Below, piece after piece: positions 28,681-42,450 of a stretch of 64,000 nt of DNA (its first letter is position 1; each line of letters begins with the position of its first letter). The position numbers and the translations under genes were made by a program. Under the pieces are notes generated by a model. That model made no database searches and had not been told where the DNA came from. It saw only the letters and a program-made list of their open reading frames with translations. The stretch is from the human T2T-CHM13v2.0 reference genome, Homo sapiens, in assembly GCF_009914755.1 (NCBI RefSeq), contig NC_060933.1. One strand, 5' to 3'.

Positions 28681-31600
28681 AGAAACTTCTTTGTGATGTT
28701 TGCACTCAAATCACAGAGCTGAACATTCCCTTTCTTAGAGCACGTTTGAAACTCTCTTTTTGTAGTATCTGGAAGTGGACATTTGGAGTGATTTGAGGCC
28801 TATGGTGAAAAAGCAAATATCTTCCCATTAAAACTAGACAGAAGCATTCTCAAAACTTGATTGTGATGTGCGTACTCAAGTAAGAGAGTTGAACCATTCT
28901 TTTGATAGAACTGTTTTGAAACACTCTTTTTGTAGAATCTGCAAGTGCGTATTTGGATATCTTTGAGGATTTCATTGCAAATGGGAATATCCATATAAAA
29001 AGTAGACAGAAGGATTCTCAGAAACTTCTTTGTAATGTTTGTATTCAAGTCAGAGAGGTGAACATTGCCTTTCATAAAGCAGGTTTGACACACTCTTTTT
29101 ATAGTATCTGGAAGTGGACATCTGGAGTGCTTTGAGGACTATGGTGAAAAAGGAACTATCTTCTCATAAAAACTAGAAAGAATCATTCTCAGAAACTTGT
29201 TTGTTATGTATGTACCCAACTAACAGAGTTGAACCTTTGTTTTGATAGAGCAGTTTTAAAGCAGTCTTTTTGTAGAACCTGCAAGTGGATATTTGGATAG
29301 CTTTGAGGATTTCTTTCGAAACGGGCATGTCAATATAAAAAGTAGACAGAAGCCTTCTCAGAAACTTCTTTGTAATGTTTGTATTCAACTCACAGAATTG
29401 AACATTCCCTTTCATAGAGGAGGTTTGAAACAGTCTTTTTTATTATGTGGAAGTTGACATTTGGAGCACTTTGAGGCCTATGTTGAAAAAGGAAATATCT
29501 TCTCATAAAAACTAGACAGAAGCATTCTCAGAATCATGTTTGTGATGTGTGTACTCAACAAACAGAGTTGAACCTTTCTTTTCATAGAGCACTTTTGAAA
29601 CACTCTTTTTGTAGAATCTGCAAGTGTATATTTGGATAGCTTTCAGGATTTCATTGGAAACGGGAATATCTTCATATAAAAACCAGACAGAAGAATTCTC
29701 AGAAACTACTTTGTGATGTTTGCATTCTAATCACAGAGTTGAACATTCCCTTTCATAGAGCAGGTTTGAAACACTCTTTTTGTAGTATCTGCAAGAGGAC
29801 ATTTGGAGTGCTTTGAGGTCTATGGTGAAAAAGGAAGTATCTTCCCATGAAAACGAGATAGAAGCAATCTCATAAACTTGTTTATGCTGTATCTCCTCAA
29901 GAAACAGTGTTGAACCTTTCTATTGATATAGCAGTTTTGAAACACTCCTTTTGTAGAATTTGCCAGTGGATATTTCGATAGCTTTGAGGATTTCGTTGGA
30001 AACGGGAATGTCTTCGTATAAAATATAGACAGAAGCATTCTCAGAAACTTCTTCATGATGTTTGCATTCAAGTCACATATTTGAACATTCCCATTCATAG
30101 AGCAGGTTTGAAAAACTCTTTTTGTATTATCTGGAACCGGACATTTGGAGTGCTTTGAGGTCTATGGTGAAAAGGGAAATATCTTCCCATAAAAACTAGA
30201 CAGAAGCATTCTCAAAAACTTGTTTGTGATGTGTGGACTCAACTAACAGATTTGAAGCTTTCTTTTGATAGAGCAGTTTTGAAACACTCTTTTTGAAGAA
30301 CCTGCAAGTAGATATTTCGATATCTTTGAGGATTTCTTTGGAAAAGGGAATATCTTCTTATAAAATCTAGAGAGAAGCATTCTCAGAAACATCTTTGGAT
30401 GTTTGCTTTCAATTCAGAGAGTTGAACATTCCCTTTCAGAGAGCAAGTTTGAAACACTGTTTTTGTAGTATCTTGAGATGACTTTTGGAGCGCTTTGTGG
30501 CCTATGGTGAAAAAGGAAATATCTTCCCATAAAAACTAGACAGAAGCATTCTCAGAAACTTGTTTCTGATGTGTGTACTCAAGTAACAGGTTTGAACCTT
30601 TCTTTTGATAGAGCAGTTTTGAAACCGTCTTTTGGTAGAATCTGCTAGTGGATATTTGGATAGCTTTGAGGATTTCGTTGGAAACGGTAATATCTTAAAT
30701 AAAATCTACACAGAAGCATTCTCAGAAACTTCTTTGTGATGTTTGCATTCAAGTCACAGAGGTGAACATTCCCATTCATAGAGAAAGTTTGAAACACTCT
30801 TTTTATAGTATCTGAAAGTGGTCATTTGTTGCGCTTTGTGGCTTACGTTGAAAAAGGAAATATCTTCCCATAAAAACCAGACAGAAGCATTCTCAGAAAC
30901 TTGTTTGTGATGTGTGTATTCAACTAACAGAGATGAACCTTTCTTTTTACAGAGCAGTTTTAAAGCACTCTTTTTGTGGAATCTGAAAGTGGATATTTGG
31001 ATAGCTTTGAGGATTTCGTTGGAAACGGGATTACATATAAAATCTAGAGAGAAGCATTCTCAGGAACTTCTTTGTGATGTTTGCATTCAAGTCACAGAAT
31101 TGAACATTCCCTTTCATAGAGCAGGTTTGAAACACTCTTTCTGTAGTATCTGCAAGCGGACGTTTCAAGCGCTTTCAGGCCTATGGTGAGAAAGGAAATA
31201 TCTTCAAATAAAAACTAGACAGAAGCATTCTCAGAAACTTGTTTGTCATGAGTGTACTCAAGTAACAGAGTTGAAGCTTTCTTTTGATAGAGCAGTTTTA
31301 AAATCGTCCTTTTGTAGAATCTGCAAATGGATATTTGGATATCTTTGAGGATTCCTTTGGAAATGGGAATATCTTCATATAAAATCTACACAGAAGCATT
31401 CTCAGAAACGTCTTTGTGATGTTTGCATTCAAGTCACGGAGTTGAATATTGCCTTTCATGGAGCAGGTTTGAAACACTCTTTTTGTAGTATCTGGAAGTG
31501 GACATTAGAAGCGCTTTGGCCCTGTGGTGAAAAGGAAATATCTTCCCATAAAAACTAGACAGAAGCATTCTCAGAAACTTGTTTGTCATGTATGTACTCA

Positions 31601-34600
31601 ACTAACAGAGTTGAACCTTTCTTTTGATAGAGCAGTTTTGAATCACTCTTTTTGTGGAATCTTCAAGTGGATATTTGGATAGCTTTGAGGCTTTCGTTGG
31701 AAACGGGAATATCTTCACATAAAAGCTAGACAGAAGCATTCTCAGAAACTTCTTTGTGATGTTTGCATTCAACTCACAGAGTTGAACATTCCTTTTCATA
31801 GAACAGATTTGAAACACTCTTTTTGAAGAATGTGCAAGTGGACATTTGGTGCGATTTGAGACCTATGGTGAAAAAGGAGATAACTTCACACAAAAAGTAG
31901 ACAGAAGCATCTCAGAAACTACTTTGTGATGTGTGTACTCAACTCTCAGAGTTAAACCTTTCGTTTCATACAGTAGTTTTGAAGCACTCTACTTGTAGTA
32001 TTTATAAGTGGATATTAGGACAGCTTTGAGGATTTCGTTGGAAACGGGAATATCTTCACATAGAAACTAGACAGAAGCATTGTCAGATACTTCTTTCGGA
32101 TGTTTGCATTCAACTCACTGTTTTGAACATTGCTTTTCTTAGAGCTGTTTTGAAACTCTTTTGGTAGAATCTGTAAGTGGAAACGTGGAGCGCTTTGAGG
32201 CCTATGGTGAAAAAAGGAATATCTTGCCATAAAAACCAGACAGAAGCATTCTCAGAAACTTCCTTGTGTTGTGTGTACTGAACTCAGAGTTGAAGCTTTC
32301 TTTAGATAGAGCAGTTTTGGAACACTGTTCTTGTAGATTTTACAAGTGGGTTTTAGGAGAGCATTGAGGGTTTCATTGGAAACGGGATTATTTTCACATA
32401 AAACTAGACAGAAGCATTCTGAGAAACTTCTTCGTGTTGCTTGCATTCAACTCAGAGAGTTGAACATTCCTTTTCATAGAGCAGTTTTGAAACACTCTTT
32501 TTGTAGATTCTGTAAGTGGATATTTGGTTCACTTAGAAGCCTATGGTGAAAAAGGAAATATCTTCGCATAAAAAATAGACAGAATTCTCAGAAACTTCCT
32601 TGTGATGTGTGTACTCAACTCACAGAGTTGAACTATTCTATTGATCGAGCAGTTTTGAAACACTTTTTGTAGAAACTGCAAGTGGATATGTGGATAGCTT
32701 GGAGGATTTCATTGGAAACGGGATTTTCTTTACATAAAAACCAGGCAGTAGCATTCTCAGAAACTACTTTGTGGTATTTGCATTCAACTCACAGAGTTGA
32801 ACATTCCTTTCCATAGAGAAGTTTTGAAACACTCTTTTGTAGTATCTGGAAGTGGACATTTTGAGCGCTTTGAAGCCTATGGTGAAAAACAAAATTTCCT
32901 CACATAAAAACGAGACAGAAGCATTCTCAGAAACTTCTTTGTGATGTGTGTACTCAACTCACAGAGTTTAACATTTCTTTTGATACAGCAGGTTTGAAAC
33001 ACACTTTTTGTGGAATCTGCAAGTGGATATTTTGATAGCTTTGAGGCTTTCGTTGGAAACGGGAATATCTTCACATAAAAATTAGACAGAAGCATTCTCA
33101 GAAACTTCTTTGTGATGTTTGCATTCAACTCACAGACTTGAACATTCCCTTTCATAGAGCAGTTTTGAAACACTCTTTTTGTGAAATCTGCAAGTGGACA
33201 TTTGGAGTGATTTGAGACCTGTGCTGAAAAACAAAATACCTTCACATAAAAAGTGGACAGAAGCATTCTCAGAAACTACTTTGTGAGGTGTGTACTCAAC
33301 TCACAGAGTTAAACCTTTCCTTTGATATAGCAGTTTTGAAACTCTCTTCTTGTAGTCTTTACAAGTGGATATTAGGACAGCTTTGAGTATTTCATTTGAA
33401 ACGGGAATACCTTCACATAAAAACTAGACAGAAGCATTCTGAGAAACTTCTTTGTGATGCTTGCATTCAACTCACTGAGTTGAACATTCCTTTTCATAGA
33501 GCAGTTTGGAAACACTCCTTTTGTAGAATGTGTAAGTGGAAACTTGGAGCTCTTTGAGGCCCATGGTGAAAAAGGTAATATCCTCCCATAAAAACTAGAC
33601 AGAAGAATTCTCAGAAACTTCTTTGTGATGTGTGTACTCAACTCACAGAGTTGAACTTTTCTTTTCATAGAGCAGTTTTGAATCACACTTTTTGTTGAAT
33701 CTGCAAGTGGATATTTGGATACCTTTGAGGATTTCGTTGGAAACGGGAATATCTACACATAAAACCAGACAGAAGCATTCTCAGAAACTACTGTGTGATG
33801 TTTGCATTCACCTCACAGAGATGAACATTCCTTTTGATAGAGAAGTTTTGAAACACTATTTTTGTTGTATCTGGTAGTTGACATTTGGGTCACTTTGACG
33901 CCTATGGTGAAAAACGAAATATCCTCACATAAAAACTAGGCAGAAGCATTCTCAGAAACTTGTTTGTGACGTGTGTACTCAACTAACAGAGTTGAACCTT
34001 TCTTTTGATAGAGCAGTTTTGAAACACTCTTTTTGTAGAATCTGCAGTGGATATTTGCATTGCTTTGAGGATTTCATTGGAAACAGGAATATCATCATAT
34101 AAAATCTAGACAGAAGCATTCTCAGAAACATCTTTGTGACGTTTGCATACAAGTCACAGAGTTGAACATTCGCTTTCATAGAGCAGGTTTGAAACACTCT
34201 TTTTGTAGTATCTGAAAGTGGACACATGGAGCTCTTTGAGGCCTATGGTGAAAAAGGAAATATCTTCCCATAAAAACTAGACAGAGGCATTCTCAGAAAC
34301 TTGTTTTTGATGTGTGTACTCAACTCAATGAGTTGCACATTCCTTTTCATAGAGCAGTTTTGGAACACTCTTTTTGTAGAATCTGTAAATGGAAACTTGG
34401 AGCGCTTTGAGGCCTATGGTGAAAAAGGAAATATCTTCCCATAAAAACTAGACAGAAGAATTCTCAGAAACTTCCTTGTGATGTGTGTACTGAACTCACA
34501 GAGTTGAACCTTTCTTTTGATACAGCAGTTTTGAAACACTCTTTCTGTAGAATCTGCAAGTGGATATTTGGATAGCTTTGAGGATTTCATTGGAAACGGG

Positions 34601-35770
34601 AATATCTTCACATAAAAACAACACAAAATCACTCTTAGAAACTTCTTGGGATGTTTTCATTCAACTCCCAGAGTTGAACATTTCCTTTCATAGAGCAGTT
34701 TTGAAACACTCTTTTTGTAGTATCTGGAATTGGACAATTGGAGGACTTTGAGGCCTATGGTGAAAAAGGAAATATCTTCTCATAAAAACTAGACCGAATG
34801 AATCTCAGAAACTTCTTTATGATGTGTGTACTCAACTCACAGAATTTAACATTTCTTTAGATAGAGCTGTTTTGAAATACTCTTCTTCTAGGTTTTACAA
34901 GTGGATATTATGACAGCTTTGAGGATTTCCTTTGAAATGGGAATATCTTCACATATAAACTAAACGGAAGCATTCTCAGAAACTACTTTGTGATGTTTGC
35001 ATTCAACTCACCGAGTTGAACATTCCTTTTCATAGAGGAGTTTTGAAACTTTCCTTTTGTATTATCTGCAAGTGGACATATTGAGCGATTTGACTCCTAT
35101 GGTGAAAGAGGAAATATCTTCACATGAAAAGTAGAGAGAAGCATTCTCAGAAACTACTTCGTGATGTGTGTACTCAGGTAACAGAGTTAAACCTTTCCTT
35201 TGATACAGCAGTTTTGAAAAACTCTTCTTGTAGAATTTACAAGTGGATATTAGGAGAGCATTGAGGATTTCGTTAGAAACGGGAATATTTTCACATAAAA
35301 CTAGACAGAAGCATTCTGAGAAACTTCCTCTGGACGTTTGCATTCAACTCACAGAGTTGAACATTCCCTTTCATAGAGCAGTTTTGAAACACTCTTTTTG
35401 TAGAATCTGTAAGGGGACGTTTGGAGCGCTTAGAGGCCTATGGTGAAAAAGGAAATATCTTCGCATAAAAACTAGACAGAAGAATTCTCAGAAACTTCTT
35501 TTTGATGTGTGTACTCAACTCACAGAGTTGAACCTTTCTATTGATACAGCAGTTTTGAAACACTCTTTTTGTAGAATCTGCAAGTGGATATTTGGATAGC
35601 TTTGAAGCTTTCATTGGAAACGGGAATATCTTCACATAAAAACTAGACAGAAGCATTCTCAGAAACTTCTTTGTGATGCTTGCATTTAACTCACTGAGTT
35701 GAACATTCCTTTTCATAGAGCAGTTTTGAAACACTCTTTTTGTAGAATCCGCAAGTGGATGCTAGAAAGC
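28681..35770 (+). repeat. Divergent alpha satellite with A- and B-type monomers (divergent HOR; dimeric SF2-like grading into R1/R2 SF5-like)
   Basis: No exact periodicity, but monomers still alternate between ggcctatggtgaaaaagg and gaggatttc.ttggaaacggg ends. Scattered intact CENP-B cores occur (e.g. ~29990, ~31692, ~32033, ~33048, ~33732, 35268). The subfamily label is inference. Confidence 0.85.
35268..35284 (+). promoter_or_regulatory. Last intact CENP-B box core seen in the window
   Basis: tttcgttagaaacggga keeps all 9 core positions. I saw none further right. Confidence 0.75.
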
Positions 35771-38912
<3,142 letters not shown>

Positions 38913-39213
38913 GCTTTTTAAAAAAATTTTTTTATTTAACATTTTCTAAAAATATATACAAAAAGAAGCATATCAAACATATTAGGAAGGTTGCACATGG
39001 GAAGATGGGGAATAGAAATGGGGGGTGGGAATGAAAGAAAATAAATGAGAGAGGGACTTTGTATTGATCAATGATAATAACTCAATCCTCTATGTCTTTG
39101 AAAAGAAGGAGAAGGAAGAGGAAGAAAAAGAAAGTGGGATAAAGGATCAGAAAGGGAGGAAAATAGAAAAACTTAGAGTATGACTCCAGGGTAGACCTGT
39201 TTTGTTGTTGCTG

Positions 39214-39233
39214 GGTTGGTTGGTTGGTTGGTT
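39214..39233. repeat. (GGTT)n microsatellite
   Basis: ggttggttggttggttggtt seen directly. Confidence 0.9.
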
Positions 39234-39250
39234 TGTTGTAATTTTCATAT

Positions 39251-39358
39251 GTTTTGCCATGTTGGCCAGGCTGGTCTCAAACCCCTAGCCTCAAGTGATC
39301 AACCCGCCTTGGCCTCCCAGAGTGCTGGGATTACAGGCGTGAGCCACCACGTCCAGCC
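39251..39358 (-). mobile_element. Alu left-arm fragment (AluS-like)
   Basis: gccatgttggccaggctggtctcaaac...gcctcccagagtgctgggattacaggcgtgagccacc is the reverse complement of the Alu 5' arm. Confidence 0.95.
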
Positions 39359-39387
39359 CCCACACTGCGTCTGGCCTCCGTGGTAGA

Positions 39388-39545
39388 CCTCCCAGACAGG
39401 GTGGCCAGGCAGAGGCACTCCTCACTTCCCAGATGGGGCAGCCAGGCAGAGGCGCTCCTCACTTCCCAGACGGGGTGGCCAGGCAGAGGAGCTCCTCACT
39501 TCCCAGATGGGGCGGCCGGGCAGAGGCACTCCTCACGTCCCAGAT
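39388..39545 (-). repeat. SVA/LAVA-type VNTR, ~4 x 37 bp
   Basis: Unit ggggcagccaggcagaggcgctcctcacttcccagac is the antisense of the SVA VNTR gtctgggaagtgaggagcgcctctgcc. Confidence 0.92.
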
Positions 39546-39874
39546 CCACAAAAGAAGTGAAAATAGCCTTAACTGATGACATTCCACCATTGTGATTTGT
39601 TTCTGCCCCACCCTAACTGATGTACTTTGTAATCTCCCCCACCCTTAAGAAAGTTCTTTGTAATCTCCCTCACCCTTGAGAAGGTTCTTTGTAATTCTCC
39701 CCACCCTTGAGAATGTACTTTGTGAGATCCAACCCCTGCCGGCAAAACATTGCTCCTAACTCCACTGCCTATCCCAAAACCTATAAGAACTAATGATAAT
39801 CCGATCACCCTTTGCTCTCTTTTCAGACTCAGCCCACCTGCACCCAGGTGAAATAAACAGCCTTGTTGCTCACA
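39543..39874 (+). mobile_element. HERV-H LTR (LTR7B-like) U3-R fragment lacking its 5' end and U5
   Basis: gatccacaaaagaagtgaaaatagccttaactgatgacattccacc, three 31-bp internal repeats (ctttgtaatctcccccacccttaagaa), TATA-like cctataag at ~39781, and cacccaggtgaaataaacagccttgttgctcaca followed by poly(A). Confidence 0.9.
39852..39857 (+). terminator. Polyadenylation signal of the LTR, used by the source transcript
   Basis: AATAAA lies 16 nt upstream of the A-tail. Confidence 0.9.
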
Positions 39875-39887
39875 AAAAAAAAAAAAA

Positions 39888-42450
39888 GACAAAAGCATTC
39901 TGACAAAATTCTTCATGAGGCATGCGTTCATCTCACAGAATTGAACTTTTCTTTTGATTGAGCAGCTTTGAAACACACTTTTTTTAGAATCTGCAAGTGT
40001 ACATTTCGAGTGCTTTGAGGCCTATAGTAGAAAACGACTTATCTTCACATAAAAACTGGACAGAAGCATTCTGAAAAACTACTTTGTGATGTCTGCATTC
40101 ATCTCAAAGAGTTGAACCTTACTTTTGATTGGTCAGTTTTGAAACACCATTTTTGTAGAATCTGCAAGTGTGCATTTGGAGAACTTTGAGGCCTATGGTG
40201 GAAAAGGAAATATCTTCACAACAAAACTAGACAGAAGCATTATGAGAAACTTCTTTGTGATGTTTGCATTCATCTCACACAGAGTTGAACTGTTCTTTTA
40301 ATTGAGCAGCTTTGAAACCCTCTTTTTTTAGAATCTGCAAGAGGCCATGTGGAGAGCTTTGAGGCCTACCGTGGAAAAGGAAATATGTTCACATAAAAAC
40401 TAGACAGAAGCATTCTTACAAACTTCTTTGAGATGTGGGCATTCAGCTCACAGTGTTGAACCTTTCTTTTCATTGAGCAGCTTTGAAACACTCTTTTTGT
40501 TGAATCTGCAAGTGGACATTTCGAGCACTTTCTGGCCTATTGTGGAAAAGGACATATCATCATATAAAAACTAGACAGAAGCATTCTGACAAACTTCTTC
40601 ATGAAGTGTGTATTCATCTCACAGTTGAATCTTTCTTTTCATTTAGCAGTTTTTAAACACTCTGTTTGTAGAATCTACAAGTGGACATTTGGAGCACTTT
40701 GAGGCCTATGGTGGAAAAGGAAATATTTTCACAAAAAAAATAGACAGAAGCATTCTGATAAACTTCATTGTGATCTGTGCATTCATGTCACAGAGATGAA
40801 CGTTTCTTTTGATTGAGCAGCTTTGAAACACTCTTTCTGTAGAATCTGCAACTGGACCTGTGGAACGCTTTGGGGCCTATCATGGAAAAGGAAATATGTT
40901 CACATAAAACCTAGACAGAAGCATTCTGACAGACTTCTTTGTGATTTGTGCATTCATCTCATAGAGTTGAACCTTACTTTTCATTGAGCAGCTTTGAAAC
41001 ACTCTTTTTGTAGAATGTGCAAGTGGACATTAGGAGCGCTTTGATGCCTATGTTGGAAAAGAAAATATCTTCACATAAAAACTAGACAGAAGCATTCTGA
41101 AAAACTTCTCTTGGATGTGTGCATTCATCTCACAGAGGTGAACCTTTCTTTTCATTGAGCAGTTTTGAAACACTCATTTTGTAGAATCTGCAAATGGATA
41201 TTTGGAGCGCTTTGAGGTCTATGGTGGAAAAGGAAATATCTTCACATGAAAACTAGACAGAAGCATTCTGACAAAAAACTTTGTAATGTGTGTACTCATC
41301 TCACAGAGTATAAACCTACTTTTCATTGAGCAGTTTTGAAACACTCTTTTTCTAGAATCTGCAAGTGGACATTTGGAGCCCTTTGAGGCCTATGGTGGAA
41401 AAGGAAATATCTTCACATAAAAACTAGACAGAAGCATTCTGACAAACTTCTTTGTGATGTGTGCATTCATCTCACAGAGTTGAACCTTACTTTTCATTGA
41501 GCAGCTTTGAAACACTCTTTCTGTAGAATCTGGAAGCGGACATTTGCAGCACTTTGATGTCCATGGTGGAAAAGAAATTATCTTCACATGAAAACAAGAC
41601 AGAAGCTTTTTGAAAAACTTCTATGTGACATGTGCCTTCATCTCAGAGAGTTGAACCTTTCCTTTGTTTGAGCAGCTTTGAAACAATCTTTTTGTAGAAT
41701 CTGCAAGTGGACTATTCGAGCATCTTGTGGTCTATGGTGGAAAATGAAACATCTTCACATAAAAACTACACAGAAAAATTCTGAGAATCTTCTTTTTGAT
41801 GTGTGCATTCACCTCACAGAATTGAACGTTACTTTTCATTGAGCAGTCTTGCATCTCTCTTTTTGTAGAATCTGCAAGTGGACATTTGGAGCGCCTTGAG
41901 GTCTCTGGTGGAAAAGGAAAGATCTTCACATGAAAACTAGACAGAAGCATTCTCACAAACTTCCTTGTGATGTGTGCATTCATCTCCCAGACGTGAACCT
42001 TTCTTTTGATCGAGCAGCTTTGAAACACGCTTTTTGTAGAATCTGCAAGTGGACATTTGGAGCACTTTGAGGCCTATGGTGGAAAAGGGAATATTTTCAC
42101 ATAAAAATTAGACAGATGCATTCTGACAAGCTTCTTTGTGATGTGTGCATTCATCTCACAGAATTGTAACTTTCTTTTCATTGAGCAGCTTTGAAACACT
42201 CTTTTTGTAGAATCTGCAAGTGGACATTGGAGCACTTTGAGGCCTATTATGGAAAATCAAATATCTTCACATAAAAACTAGACAGAAGCATTATGACAAA
42301 CTTATTTGTGATGCGTGTGTTCATCTCACAGAGTTGAACCTTTCTTTTGATTGAGCAGTTTGGAAACACTCTTTTTGTAGAATCTGCAAGTGGACATTTC
42401 AAGCACTTTGAGGCCAATGTGGAAAAGGTAATATCTTCATATAAAAACTA
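39888..42450 (+). repeat. Monomeric alpha satellite, 'cattctgacaaa' layer
   Basis: Same signature as 35771-36848 (attctgacaaact, gagcagctttg, aaccttacttttcattg). No CENP-B boxes. Confidence 0.88.

Larger units (their letters stand above)
38915..39545 (-). mobile_element. LAVA-like composite 3' module (VNTR - U1 - Alu arm - U2/L1-like tail - AATAAA/A-tract), 5'-truncated
   Basis: On the minus strand: SVA-type VNTR, then gtctaccacggaggccagacgcagtgtggg, an Alu left arm, (AACC)n, a pyrimidine-rich unique tract, AATAAA (+ strand tttatt 38931-38936) and an A-rich end. Order and sequence match my recollection of the gibbon LAVA 3' part. Confidence 0.72.

Noticed and set aside
135-31189. Repeated 91-aa MYSTNRD... 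ORFs and other ORFs in alpha satellite
   Set aside because: Chance open frames in satellite monomers, mostly with non-ATG starts, repeating with the HOR period. Used only as position markers.
39388-39874. Calling VNTR plus LTR a canonical SVA
   Set aside because: SVA has a HERV-K-derived SINE-R downstream on the same strand. Here the LTR is HERV-H and lies on the opposite strand to the VNTR.
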